From Oikopleura dioica (Eukaryota; Animalia; Chordata), in the NCBI GenBank assembly GCA_907165135.1, contig OU015567.1, positions 3,596,001 through 3,660,000 of the forward strand: DNA of 64,000 nucleotides. Direction: 5' to 3'. The notes under the pieces are model-generated. The model worked only from the letters and a program-made list of their open reading frames with translations, did no database searches and was not told the DNA's origin. Of the stretch, positions 24,049-38,147 are shown piece after piece. Numbering within the stretch: position 1 is the stretch's first letter; every line of letters begins with the position of its first letter. A program made the translations under genes and the position numbers.

Positions 24049-27000
24049 ATGGGTCGGAAAAAGAATAAGCTTTATCCCGACGAATATAAGAAGCGGGTTC
24101 AAGGAATGAACCACACGCTGAAGCTTCGTGACAAAGTCGAGTACATTGCCACAATTTACTCAAGAGAGAGTAAATATAAAAGGTGGAGGCCTTCATGCAG
24201 ATTCGATCGAATTGAAGAAGAATCAGACAAAATTTTCGCTGAAACCAAAGCCCAACTTGCCAAATATGTCAACGAACGAAAAACTGCAGGAAGAGTAAGA
24301 ATATTACAATCAAATCATCTTGAAAAATATTCTTTCACTCAAAACAGAAACAGAACGCGGCTCCCACCTTCTTGGTAAACTCTTGAGATTCTTCAGCAAA
24401 GATGAATTGCAGACGATACTTGCCATTTGCAACAATCACCCAAACTACATGGAATACACAACTGATCTCTTGAATCCGTATAAATTTCCGCCGCTCAATT
24501 CCATCACCGAGCCAGCTGAAGAATTGCCCCCGAGTGAGTCCGAGAAACCGCCAGAATCCTTCAAACAACGCGAACTCAACCACACTGACGATAGTAGACT
24601 ACATAAGTTCGGACGTGCAGTGTCACTAGGTAAAAAATATCAATCATCAAGTATTAAACTTAAAAATAAGGATTGCCGAAAGCCGATGGGAGAATGAAAC
24701 GCCCAGAAGAGGGAGAAATACGGCCCATTATTCTTTCCGAAGCTACCTCTTGGGTAAAAACGAAAAAAGGCGGACGAAAGGATCAAATCAAATATCTATT
24801 CGTGCAGACCTTCGATTCCCTCCTGGAGCAGAATGACCACTTTAAGAAACTTCAAGAGAACATTAAAGCCGTCAGAGACGATCAAACGATACAATTTCGG
24901 TTCCACTATAATAGAAAAATCCGGTACCTATTGGGAGGACAGGTCGCCCCAGACGTCATCAAACACGTGATCAAACTCTTCGAGCCATTGCTATTTATAA
25001 CGAGGGAGAGGTTTAGCAAAGGAATACTTCTCCAAGGCGGCAAACCAATAATCAAATGGAAGACCGAGAAAGAATTTCAAGAAGAAGTTCAATGGGCAAT
25101 TAGCGACTGGCTTCAGATTATTAAGAGGGGTCACAGTGGAACGATTGAAGGAGAAGAAGAATTAAGTGACATCAATTTCGCGGCCCGCTCGGATCAATCA
25201 GCACTTCTAAGAAGAGTGAAAAGACGGCACAAGGAAAAATTAAAGAAAATGCTGGAGAAGTCCAAAATTTCGTCGGCTTCTGAAAAATCGTACGTAACTC
25301 AATATAATTGATATCACCTTCGAACGAAGACTTAAAAAAAAATATCATTTAGGCAAACGCAAGAAAAGGATAAGGACTCGGAAATCGATTCGGAAAGTTC
25401 AGAAGAGGAGAGTGACGCGGAAGATAATTCAGACGAGAATTCTATGCCGATGTTGACTGATATGGAAACAAATAAAGCAAGCATGGAGAGAACAAGACTC
25501 TGGCTTTTGGATAACGAACCACCAAACCTCAATTCGATTCATAACTCAAATCATGATGGTAAAAATATCTAATAAACATTCTATTAAAATTGTTAGAATC
25601 GGCCAACGAGCATGAAGAACAGGACTCGCCAAGTCAATCAAATACGTCAACTCCACAATTATGGAAGGAAGTGGACCCTAAACTACGCGCAAAGCTTCTC
25701 AGTGGCACATTACCAGGCGCAGAACCTACTAGTAGCCGACCATATGCAAAAAAAGCGGTTAATCTTTTTGACTCCGACGACAGCCAAAAAACTACACTGC
25801 AAAAAGACGGTACACTTATTGCCATTGAAATTCGTTTTAATAAATTTTCAAGATGAAACTGCCGGCAGACATGAACCAAATTCATATCCCACAACTCAAC
25901 AACAGAATGAACTGGTCAACGTCAATACGGAGAAAAGTAAAAACACTACGACTACTACAGATGAAACGGCAGATGAGGAAAGAAGAACTGAAAAGGAGGA
26001 TGAAAACATTGATGAAACGAAAGGACACCCAGAAGAAGGTACACTTATTCCTAGTGAAAAAGCTTTAAAATATATTCCAGATGAGACGGTAGAAAATCAT
26101 CCACAGGATGGACCAGTTGACGAGCGCCCGGAGAAAAATTCAAACGTTCAGCCGCATACAGATACAACGACAATTGATGCCCAACGTTCTGGCACCACGA
26201 AAAAGGATGAACAGAGTGCAGCCGTCCAAAGAAGCAATTCGAAGTACTCTGAAGTTGCAGTCGCAAACAAGACCAATAACAACGAATCTTTCTGTGCAGA
26301 ATATGACGGGGATCAAAAATCAACAAGGTACTGTGCAAATATTTCTGCACCAAATACGAATATGAGCAGGAATCACATATTATGAATAAAAAATAAACTT
26401 ATATTTAGTCAAAATGTTGAATCAACAAATCTCCCAAAGCTTCAGAAAGATGCGGATAACATAATTGAAGAAGGCACGGAGAAAACGAACAATGCTCTTC
26501 AAGAAAAGTAATTATTTACCGCGTCAAACATGTACAAATTATTATTCAGGAACATAACCACGGCAAATGATGCGCAAATTTCTGGCACCAGCAATAAGGA
26601 TGAACAGGGTGCAGTCGTCCAAACAACTATTGCACCTGCAATCAGCAAGTCGAAGTCTTCTACAGATGAAGTCGAAAACAAGACCAAAAACGACGGAGAT
26701 TTTGGCGCAGAAACTGTCGCGGACCAAAAATCAACAAGGTAATTGAAAAGTAGTGCGACGATATTTCTGCAACCAAAAATAATATGAGCAGGAATCACAT
26801 GTAAACGAAACGGAAGTAATTTTTATATTTAGTCATCGTGTTGAACCAACAAATCACCCAGAACGCCCGGAAGATGCGAAGAGAATCGAAGAAGGCACGG
26901 AAAATACGAACAATGCCCTCCAAGAAAAGTAATTAAATACCGCGTCAATTATTATTATAATTATTTTTCAGGACCGCAACAACGAGGAACGGTGCGCAAA

Positions 27001-28640
27001 ATTCTGGAGCCAGCAAAAAGGATGAACTGAGTACAGTCGTCCAAACAAGCATTGCACCTGCAAACAGCAAGTCGAAGTCTTCTGATGATGAAGTCGCAAA
27101 CAAGACCAAGAACGGCGCAGATTTTGGCGCAGAAACTGACGCGGGCCAAAAAACAACAACAAGGTAATTAAAAAGTTGTGCGACGATATTTCTGCATCAA
27201 TAAATAATATGAGCAGGAATCAAATGGAATCGAAACGGAAGTAATTTTTATATTAAGTCATCGGGATGAACCAACAAATCACCCAGAACGCCCGGAAGAT
27301 GCGAAGAGAATCGAAGAAGGCACGGAGAAAACGAACAATGCTCTTCAAGAAAAGTAATTAAATACCGCGTCATCATTTATCAAATTATTTTTAGGACCGC
27401 AACAACGGGAAACGGTGCGCAAAATTCTGGAGCCAGCAAAAAGGATGAACAGAGTACAGTCGTCCAAACAAGACTTGCACCTGCAATCAACAAATCGAAG
27501 TCTTTTGATGATGAAGTCGCGAAGAAGACAAAGAACGACGGAGATTTTGGCGCGGAAACTGACGCGGACAAAAAATCAACAAGGTAATTAAAAACTTGTG
27601 CGAGGATATTTCTGCACCAAAAATAATATGAGCAGGAATTAGATGGAATCGAAACGGAAGTAATTTTTATATTTAGTCATCGTGATGAACCAACAAATCA
27701 CCCAGAACGCCCGGAAGAAGCGGAGAACACAATTGAACAGGACGTGGGATATACGAACGATTCTCTTCAAGCAGGGTAATTGAATACCGCGTCAAATATT
27801 TATAAAATTGTTATTAAGGAACAAAACAGCGAACGAAACGAGCAAGCAGACAGTCACTCAACCAATATCGACGCCTAAATCTGATTCATCGACAGACGAA
27901 GACGATTCTTATGAAATTGCGAAAAGAAGCAGAGAAGTATGGAAGAAAACGGTTACTGGGTCATCATACAATGACCGAAATGTCAAACATATCAAGCTTT
28001 CCGATGCCAACAGAAGAAAGAAAGACAGAGAAAATGATAGAGCGAGAACAAAGGCGGATAAAGAAAAGATAGAGCGAAGGCAAAAAAACAAAAAGCAACT
28101 ACGAAGGCAGCCATGAAAGATTGCAATAACAAAAAGGAAGAATCAAAACCAGAGAAGGAAGAGAAAGCCAACAGAAAGAGAGAAAGGGGTAACGACCCGA
28201 AGGAGCAGAAGCGAAATGGAGAGAAAAAAACAAAGACCTCAGACGGTCAGAACGATGATGTAATTAGAGATAATTCACGTCCTCAAAAGAAAGAAAAGAA
28301 AAAACAGCCAGCTCCAACTTTAAAAAGGAATGCAGACAGAATGGACGATGGAAGAACAAGCAAACCCGGCCCAAAGAGCAAAATAACACGCGTGAAGTCA
28401 CCTGAACGCAATAGATCGCCTGACCCCAGATTTTCATGAATGATTTGGAATATCCTCAAAACTTATTATCGAAACATTTTCAAATCTAAAAAAGCAACTA
28501 AATTTAACTTGTCACCGAATTCAAGAGCGAAAAAACGGAAACAAGTCAATCCCAAGCAAAAACCCCCGCAAATCAGTGAGAGCCCTGCGTTCATAAAAGA
28601 AGTTGAAAGTTATGCGGAAGGACGAAAGCAGAAAAAATAA
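24049..28640 (+). CDS. Large multi-exon orphan protein: globular N-terminal part (possible BEN/DUF4806-like helix), then acidic/polar repeats and a basic tail
   Basis: Consecutive ORFs joined by short introns; segment TEKEFQEEVQWAISDWLQIIKR is reminiscent of BEN-like C-terminal helices (weak). The 3' end is uncertain. Confidence 0.5.
26190..27800 (+). repeat. Four tandem ~423-bp units, each containing two exons and two introns
   Basis: CTGGxxCCAGCAAxAAGGATGAAC at ~26,189, 26,582, 27,004 and 27,428; splice sites recur in each unit. Confidence 0.85.
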
Positions 28641-30812
28641 GGAAAAAAATGCCCAGCATTTAACATATTTAAGATTACCTCTGCCCTTAAACAATTTCTG
28701 TAATAAAGAAAATGATCATATTATAAAACGATGTAAAAACAATCATTTGTTTTTAAATCACGGACTCCATCAAATTCTTTCTCAAACAGTCAGCGTTCAC
28801 AATAACTTACAGAAAAGCTTATTTGCATGCAATGGAATGTAAGCAAATGCTCAGAACTCAGTCATGGTGACCTCTTACTCAAACTCTTGCAAACCATCAA
28901 CATTCAACTATGAACTTCTATGAGAGAATGAAAGCCCCTCCAAATGTCTCGCGCGTATACTGACCATAACAGCCATGAAAGACATTCCATCAGCAACAAT
29001 CGCATCCGACAAACATGATGACCTCGGAATCAAATAGGCGGCCTGCAAACGTTAGGTAGCGGCGGCTCAGCACGAGATAAATAGAAGTTGTATAAATTAA
29101 ATTATCACTAGATCTTAGGAAAAGAATCGAGTTTGTTAAAACTTCTCAAAGGACGTCGACGAAACTATAATGACAAACTAAATAAAAATGAAATAAAAAT
29201 AATTATTATGGGTTCTTATTTTAATAATATTTTTTTATGCATTAAATCACGCGGTAAAAACAACTTTTTCAACAATCAAACTGCGTTATCTTCGTCGGCT
29301 TATTAAGTAGATGCTAATATGCTTAAAAATGAATGCTCACGATGCTTGAAAATGTAAGGATTAAAATATTCAAGCGCGGTGTATGGACGAAGTTTGAAGA
29401 CAAATCAATCGCAATCAATGCCACTCAAAAGTAACATTTGAAAGGAGTTAGAGGCCTCCCGGCCTACTTATGCCCAGTTGATTTTGCGTTATTTTTAGTT
29501 CGCGTTGCGGCTACCGGCATTAACAACCATTTTTTTCAAAGCAGACACAAAGAGCCTTTTCTATTCTGTACACATCTTTAATCTCACCGAGTCACAGAAG
29601 CAACCTAATCCCGCCCCGGCGATTTCTAACGATTGAACCTGATTCAAGAATTCTCATGAAGCGAAATCAAGGAAGAAAACGAAATCGATATTAATTACAG
29701 TAGAACTTATGCGTCACTTTTGCTTTCGGTAAGTTTAAAAACACCCGCAGTTGACGCGCGCCTTTGATTGTTAATTGGCCCGACTGTCCCAAACCGGAAA
29801 GATTTATAGGTGTCCCGAACCAACGGCTTTTACTGTATATAAACAGAAACTGATCTATCAAATTGTAAAACTGACTAAGAGTGATTCGTATCCAGAAAAC
29901 CGTAACTCTATTCTAATTGTTCTTGTTATGTATATTTTTACGAAACTTATTTGATCCCTAAATCTAATCCATAAGAAACTCGAATCCAATATCGATAGCT
30001 TAGTTCATAAAGCCTACTTTTGATTCAAAAGTCTTGATACACCAGTATTCAAAAGCCAAGCAAACTTATCATGTTCCTGCGATACCTGATGATCAATATC
30101 ACATCACTTATTTTTGCCGCGAAAGTGCTATTTCAACCCCATTTTTTAGACTGTGAAAGGCCTCCCGACCCTCTAAAAACCCGGCTCAGGGCCCGGACTT
30201 TCTTTCGCCCCAGTCAGATACCCTTAATTATTACACTAACACCCTTAAAAATATAGTGTAATTTCTAAGGTTTTTTTATGGTTTCTATATCTTCGTATTT
30301 CCGCGTGTTTATTATGCTTTATTATCGTTATATTGTGCGGTTTTTATTTGTATAAGTTTTAATCATGAAGAGGTACAGACGGAGCTGGAGTAGCGAAGAA
30401 ATTTCAGAAAAAGTCTCTGTAGAAAACCACATTCAGACTGCTCTTTCATCCACATTCTCATTGTGCAGTTTTCTTGGCGAAACATCTTTCCAAAGGCGCA
30501 TACAAGTGAACAGATATAATTCCGCGACTTAGGACGGGCTCGATGTTTCACTAAAAAATATGGTCAATTTGAGCAATTAAAATTTCAATTATAGGATTAA
30601 TGATTTAAACCTGTAGACAAAAAAATCAAATTCATTTCTAGTGGCGGAGTAGCGGTGGAGTTTTCTTATCTGCAAAGCACCACCAATATTCGACCCAAAC
30701 GCGCCAAGAAATTTCTTACCTAACGCCAGTAAATAAATGAAAAAGAACCTCGTAGGTTAAATGCGTAGGTTTTGCCGACGATAATTAAGAAAAATTTTCA
30801 TCCAAAGTCAAA

Positions 30813-33766
30813 ATGAATACATTTAAATCAATTAATATATCTGGCGTGGATATCAAGTTTCCATATGAGGCATATCCAGAACAAAGAGAAATGATGAAAA
30901 GATGTATCGACTCACTGAAAAAGAGGTTAGAAAACTTACGTATTAAATTAACCAGTTCAAGATGCCACGCGGTCCTAGAGTCGCCGACTGGAACAGGAAA
31001 GACAATCACGCTACTTGCCTCGGTACTTGCGTTTAAAGAATGGGCAAAAAACCAAGATGACTTCGACGAGGATGATTTACCGAATATAATATATGCTTCA
31101 AGAAAGGGTATAAAAAATTTTCGAAAATATATAATAAATAAAAACACCCCAAAAACAGAACTCATTCACAACTAACGCAAGTCGTCGAAGAACTAAAAAA
31201 GCTCCGGGATATATGCAAGTATCAATTTACGATGACTGTCATCGGAGGACGAAAAAATTTATGCGTAAAAAATGATGTGCAAAATATTGCAGACACTACG
31301 GATCAGCAGATTAGCTGCAGAAAACTGCGTAGAAACAATCTTTGCCCATACAAAAAAAAGAAGCGGATAAACTTGTAACAATTGGAAAAGACACAACAGA
31401 AGAGGAGAGTTGTACTACAACTAACGCAGAATTACTGATTTCATCAATGAATGAAATAATGGACATCGAAGAGTTAGGTGAATGGTGTAAAAACCCACCA
31501 GATATCGCAAAAGAATATATAGGAACCGGTCGACAATTTTAAAAAGAATGATCAAAAATTCACAATGGAAACCGACAAAGCGAATTCAGCAGAAGGGAAA
31601 AAAGTATGCGGGTATTACCTTTCTCGAGGAAAAGCTCGCAGTGCAGACGTTCTTCTGATGCCATACAACTACATTCTTGAGAAGAAGATAAGAACGAATA
31701 GCAAAATTGAAACGGCGCAGAAAATAATCATCATCGACGAAGCTCATAACGTGGAAGCGGTCTGTGAAGAGAGCTCATCGCATAACCTCACGAGAAGAAT
31801 TATTTCAATGGCTAGAGATGAACTCGGTGAAGCGAAAATAAAATTCGACAAGGAAAAAGAATCTATCGACATAATCACAACTCCACGAAAAATAGAAACA
31901 ATAATAAATGGTAATTCATCAATCATTAGCCGCAAATAACAAATTTAGGAATGAAAAAATTGGAGTTGGTGTACGCGCAAAAATACAACGAGTACGGAAA
32001 ACAAGAGGGAAAGAATTTCGATATATCAGAACTTATCAATGACGCGGAAAGAAACGGACTTATGAGAAACACAAATGAGATATGGAAAAACTTAACGAAA
32101 AATGTCAGTGCGTATTTTGCATCGTCACAAAGAAAAACACATCTTTCGGGTAATAAAATCAGTCTTAAAATACAAGCTTACGCATAATCAAGGAAAAAAT
32201 TTCGAATTATTCGCCTATATGATGGAAGAATTGATTTCGATCCGCAACGAGAAAAGACATCATGAGTAAGACGTTATGATAATAATTATGCTTATTGATG
32301 ATTTAAGTTACAGAGCGAGACTATGCAAAGATAATAACGATAGATTCGGTTACAATCTCAATATCTGGTGCTTCAACGCGAAATACGCAATAAAAGATTT
32401 ATCAGAGGTAAGAAACCCTGAATAAGTTTATAATCAAGAAAAAAAATCTAGGAAGGAGCAATATATAATCTTATCCTCACGTCGGGTACACTCGCACCAA
32501 TGCAAACTTATGTAGACGTTTTGGGCCTCGACGAATCCGGCAAAAAAACAATTCAGTTCCAGAATCAACACATCATCAAAAGCGAACAACTTTTAGCTGT
32601 CACAATAACAGGATACGAGAAGACAGAATTCAGAAATATATACAAAAACAGAAACAACGACGATATGTTTTTGAAATATGCGAAAATCATCAGTAAGAGA
32701 AATCATATAGATGTCTTCTTAACTTATTTAGGTAAAATTAAAGAAGTTGCGCCTGGAGGATGCCTGATTTTTCATCCAACGTATAAACTCATGCGGAAAT
32801 CACTGAATATTTGGGGAATAAACGATTACAGCGCGACATTCAAAAACATGTTCAAAGTCCCGGTTTTTGTCGAGCCAGAAAACAAAGAAGAAACGATAAG
32901 AGTAATTGAAAATTATGAGCGCGAATTGGAACACGATGAAAAACAGGGCGCAATACTGAACGGTGTTTGCAGAGGAAAGCTTTCTGAGGGGATAGACTTT
33001 AAGGACAGTAGAGCACGAGTCGTTATTGTAACAGGTAACGAAAATCTAACAATAATATATAAAATCACATGAAGGAATACCGTATCCACCAGTAGAAGAG
33101 CCACGAATCAAGGAGAAAATGGATTATCTGGACAAAAGAATAAAAACAAAGAGTGGTGAGTTATCGGGAAGAGAGTGGTATAAACAAGGAAAGTCATTGA
33201 AATTATAACGCATAGAGTGATAGATATTACCATGACAAACTTAGAGGCAAACAGAGCGGTAAACCAAGCCGTTGGACGAATTATCCGACACAAAAACGAT
33301 TTCGGCGCCATAATATATCTCGATGCGCGATTTACAAAATATGATGGAGACCGAATTTTCAAATATATGCCGGAATGGATAAAGTGCAGTCACTCGGTGG
33401 AGGTAGGAAAGCAAATAAAATTTGATACAAAAACAATTATAGAAAAGTGTTAATGCGCCAGGCAAAATAAGGCAATTTTTTAACAAAATGGAAGCCTTAC
33501 AAATACGCGGAAAGATAACACCTCCATTGCCATTGCGACAAGAACGAAAAACACGTAAAGAATGCCGCGTTGTGAAAGTAAAAGAAACGACAAGGCAAAA
33601 GAATCGACGATTAGAACTCGAACAAGAGGCGGATGAAAATACCATCGAATCACCAAAACCAGAAACCGGCACAAATCAAACATTACAAATATTTTCAAAC
33701 AAGAAATCAAAACGAAAATTTGCAATTGAATACGGACCAACAATTATGAACAACTGCAACCGCTGA
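30813..33766 (+). CDS. RTEL1: RTEL1/FANCJ-type (XPD/Rad3 family, Fe-S) 5'-3' DNA helicase, multi-exon
   Basis: FPYEAYPEQ; LESPTGTGKT; YASR|THSQL; GRKNLC..C..C (Fe-S cysteines); [76 protein letters not shown]. One 1-bp shift in an A8 run near 31,350. RTEL1 is preferred over FANCJ by eye only. Confidence 0.9.
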
Positions 33767-35729
33767 ATTATAAAAAATAAATGTCAAGTTCTAGTCATCA
33801 TGCGATCATTCAATTTATTAATTCACATGAACGCGACCAACAAAGTTTCAGAGAACGTTTTCCGGGGCGATAAATTCATCCTCCTCGTTTCCTCCTCGTT
33901 ATCATAAAGCCAATGGCAAAAGTGCCCGCTGTAACTTACTGTCCAGGAGTCGATTAAAAATATTCATTTCCGCATCCGTCAGCATTTCAGAAACAACAAT
34001 TTCATCTTCGATTTCTGATTGCCCGGTGAGCTTTTCGTACAAATAACGCGGCTAAAACAACCACCTATTTTATCATTCTCCCAGATCATGTGATTACAGG
34101 TCTATTTGTAGATAAGGTAAATCGAAAAAATAATAATAAAAAACAAACAATAAAATACAAAAAAAATAAAAGTTATGGTGTTACAATTATTTACAAAAAA
34201 TATTCAGTAATCTTAAAAAACCCGACACAGCAGCAGAGAGAGGATCAGCTCATCTTCACTGCCTTTTGTAATTAACACGAGCTTTGTTGTTTTTGCAAGC
34301 CTTTTGAGGCTCTGCGATGCCTTCGTCTGCACCTTCTTCGAAGCACCAGCGAGTCTTATTAACGGTCGAAATAGTAAAATTTCTTTTCCGGTAGCTCCAT
34401 GAAAAGGTTATTATGTGGATGGCGTGAATGCCGTATTCAACGCGGATAATTCATAAAGGTTTAGACGACGCGGAAATTTATTACGTTCAGGAAGTGTTAG
34501 CTACATCAGAAGAAGATCATTTTTATCTACCGATTAGTTTTTGTTTAATTAAATTCATAAAGAGGCAAGTTTATTTACCATTATGGTTTTTCCATAAGTT
34601 CAGTCCTTATTGATTTTCTACCGAAGAGTCAATGTCTTCTATGAGTTAACAGTCATCCATGCTTTATTTCGTCCGAGCCTTGTGAGGTTCTGCAAGCCTT
34701 TGATAGCTACACAGTTCCGCGGCAAACAATTAAATTTATTTTATGATTATCTTTCGCTCAAATATCCAGAATATATATAAGAATTTGTAAACATATATGG
34801 CCAAAAAAAATTAAATAAAAAAATCAAAGGTCATACTAAAATATAAATTATTATGACGTTTAATTAAAACCTTGTAAAGAACGCATTAGCCAGTCAGAGA
34901 TAAACGCGAAAAAACGTAATTGTTGGAAATTCGGATAGTCCTGAACGAAAAGATATGACGCGGTAATAAACACAAACAAACACAACACTTAACAAAAAAG
35001 TTTTAACCCAAACCTTAGATTCAGATGTCTTTGTCTGAACCTTCTTCGATACTCCAGCTCTAACTGAAATTGAAGTCTGCGTCTGAAATCTTTACTGAAG
35101 CCGCGTAATAACACAAAGGTCAGATTCGTAGCCTGTTTCAACGCCTGTTTCAACGGCTCAAAATCCATCGCCAAAACAATGCCTCAGAAGGAACTGTTAT
35201 GGTTTTAGAGACAACGCGGCCAATAAATGCAATTTTATCTATGCCATTATTATAATAAAGCAAAAATCGGCAACCTTTAAAAAATAAATAATCTATAAAA
35301 ACGCGAAACAGAGGCTCTGTAAATAAAATCAAAGCTAAATTTGCAGAAGAACGAAAGAATTTATACCTATTTCTGCTCCAGAGTCAAATCATCTAAAGAG
35401 TCTTGCCTCTTCTACGAAAATCTACGATATTTTTTTTGTATCGATTAATTTTTGTTTAATAAATATTATAAAGAGACAGGTTTATTAAATCTTATGGTTT
35501 TTATTATTTAAATTATTATTATAATTTAATTAAAGCGGCATTAAGAAAAGTGCGCGAAAAGGTCTACCAATGGTAGATATTTGAACCAGCACCCAATTTG
35601 AAAATAATTTGAACCAGCTGGTCAACAATATGAGACAATAAATTTCCGCGTCCATCAATGGCATCATGACAGGTGTTGAGTTTCCCTTTACCCATCGAAG
35701 AATTAAAGATACCGGGATAGCTTCTTTCA

Positions 35730-35990
35730 TCAAACACCGCATACATAGCCAGAACAGCACAACCAAGCCCAAACAAGCACAAGAGCGCACAGAAAATGAA
35801 ACAACACAAAGAAAAGACCGAAAAAAAAACCATAAAAGAATAGTATCAAATGAGAATATATATATATACAGAAATAAATAAAAATGAGAAAATAAAAATA
35901 AATTCGGTTAATCCCAAAAACCCACGACTGGAGCATTATGACGAGTAATTTAACACACATAAACACAAAAAAAGTCCCAATAACCAAGTC
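35730..35990. repeat. Direct duplication of 38,500-38,780 (one of several reshuffled segments in 34.2-38.8 kb)
   Basis: Shared GCGCACAGAAAATGAAACAACAC...AATCCCAAAAACCCACGACTGGA...AAGTCCCAATAAC. Confidence 0.85.
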
Positions 35991-37552
35991 AATAACCTGT
36001 GAGATAACAAGATGTCAAACACCTTAGAAGAGGATAATTTTTTTGTATCGATTAATTTTTGTTTAATTTAAATCATATAGAGACAGATTTATTTATTCTT
36101 ATGGCTTTAATAATTTATGTCGATTATGACGCAGTTCATCAAATGAGTCATTGTTGATTTCAAGTTTTGAAGCTTTTTCAAACCAGATGTCTTACATCCA
36201 TATTAAAGCGGCATTAATACACTCACCTCTGTTCCATTGACGCGGTCGAGTCTCTTCAAATTCGTTGATCAGTGTGCTACTAAGAAAAGTGCGCCAACAG
36301 GTCAATTAATTTCCGCGTCCATCAATTGCATCATGACAGGTGTTGGGTTTCCCTAAACCCATCCTAAAATTTAAAATGCCGGGATAGCTTCTTTAATCAA
36401 GTAAACCGCACAATATAACAATAAAGAAGCCAAATAAACAAACGAATATACAAAGCAAAAACCATAACAAAACCTTAGAAATAAAACAATATATATAATC
36501 TTAAAAAAATACTTATGAAGGAATAATAACAATTTTGTTTATACTGTTTCCAATACCAATTCTAACTGAATGCCTCTTCTTAACTGCATATCGCCCCCGT
36601 CTGATCCAGAGATGGAGACTCGCAAAGGCAGTCGGAATGGACATAGTCCAAGTCTCATAGAACATCCATATCCCGCAAATAACAAAGTAAAATGGCCAAT
36701 AACGCATATCAGACTTTCTATCGATTTAGATCTAGTTGGATCTGTTTGCCGGAAATCTCGTTGACCGACACGCGGCACTGGGCGGCGCTTCTCGTCGCTA
36801 GAATTTCCTCGACGAACGTTTTTCTTGATCGGGAGCGGCCAAAACCCTTCATGAGGATTTTTTCACGCTTGACTTTGAACTTCTCCTTTGCGATCAAACC
36901 TCCGGCGAGCTTCAGCACCCTAGAACAGGTAAAGAAAGAGCGGGAGCTACCATTTTGGACTACCTCTTTTTGCCTTGGTCCATGCTGTTGGATCTGATTT
37001 GTACGCAAATCTGCGAGCTGGTAATCCACTGAGGCCGTTTACAAAAAGTATAAATGGATTAAATTAGACGTAACTTACCTAAGGTTGAACTCTAAGTGGA
37101 GATAGGAGAATCTGAGCGTCTTAGGCGCCGTAACGCTCGATCTGAAGCGCGCCTAATTCAGCGCCAAAACTGGAGTTCGTCTTCTCGATTCAGTGATTGG
37201 CTGAATCCTTTCATTTCCGCAGAAATGCATTTCGAGATCCTTCTGAAGCGCAAAGGAAAATTTCTAGACTTCCCTACGAGTGATCTGCGCGGGAAACGGG
37301 AAAGGGAACCCGGGGGCTTTCTCCACTTAGAGCTCAACTCTATGGTAATTCCAAATAACAAGCCGCGAAAAATTATTACGAGTTTAAAAATCAAAAAACA
37401 GAAACCATAATAAAACTTTAAGAATTACACTATATATTATATATTTAAAAAAAAACATATGATAGAATAATAACAGTTTCGTTTATAATGCTTCCAATAC
37501 CAATTCTAATTTAGTGCCTCATCATAACCGTGAATCGCCCCCGCCGCATCCT

Positions 37553-38147
37553 GACGATTTTCAATAAGGATTTCTGAGTGAAATCCTGACCCCCCTTTTT
37601 TATTAGCTCATTGAAAAGAGCGTAAAAAGTTATCCCAGATTTCCCCGGAAAAGGATGAAATTTCCGAAGAAATAGCGTCATGGCACGTGACTGAAGTCCC
37701 AAAAGTACCAAAACTTTCCCGCCCGGGCATTTTCGACTCGTCTGAGCTAATAAGGTTTGTAATAGCTCAAAATGATCGTCTCTGCGAGCTCTTGGTGGGC
37801 ATCAAGTTTTCTTCCCTCTTCAACCCTTTTTCATCCCTTTATCTATTGCTCGAAAAATAGAAATTCAAAAAAAAGGGTTGAAAAGGGATGAAAACATGAT
37901 GCCCAGCAAGAGCTCGCAGAGACGATCATCTTGAGCTATTACAAGCCATATTAGCTCAGACGAGTCGAAAATGCTCGAGCGGGAAAGTTTGAGTTTTTTG
38001 GGACTTCAGTCACGTGCCCTCACATCATTTTTTCGAAAATTTCATCATTTTCCGGGGGAATCTGGGATAACTTTTTACGCTCTTTCCAATGAGCAAATAA
38101 AATAGGGGGGTAAGGATTTCACTCAGAAATCCTTATTGAAAATCGTC
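37553..38147. mobile_element. Foldback MITE, ~285-bp TIRs, 3-bp flanking CCT duplication
   Basis: CCT|GACGATTTTCAATAAGG ... CCTTATTGAAAATCGTC|CCT; arms are reverse complements over most of their length. Confidence 0.85.

Noticed and set aside
35530-35987. Hydrophobic F/L/C-rich minus-strand ORFs (also 14,332-14,598 and 38,453-38,778) as membrane proteins
   Set aside because: They are probably reverse-complement shadows of A-rich sequence; no conserved motif supports them.
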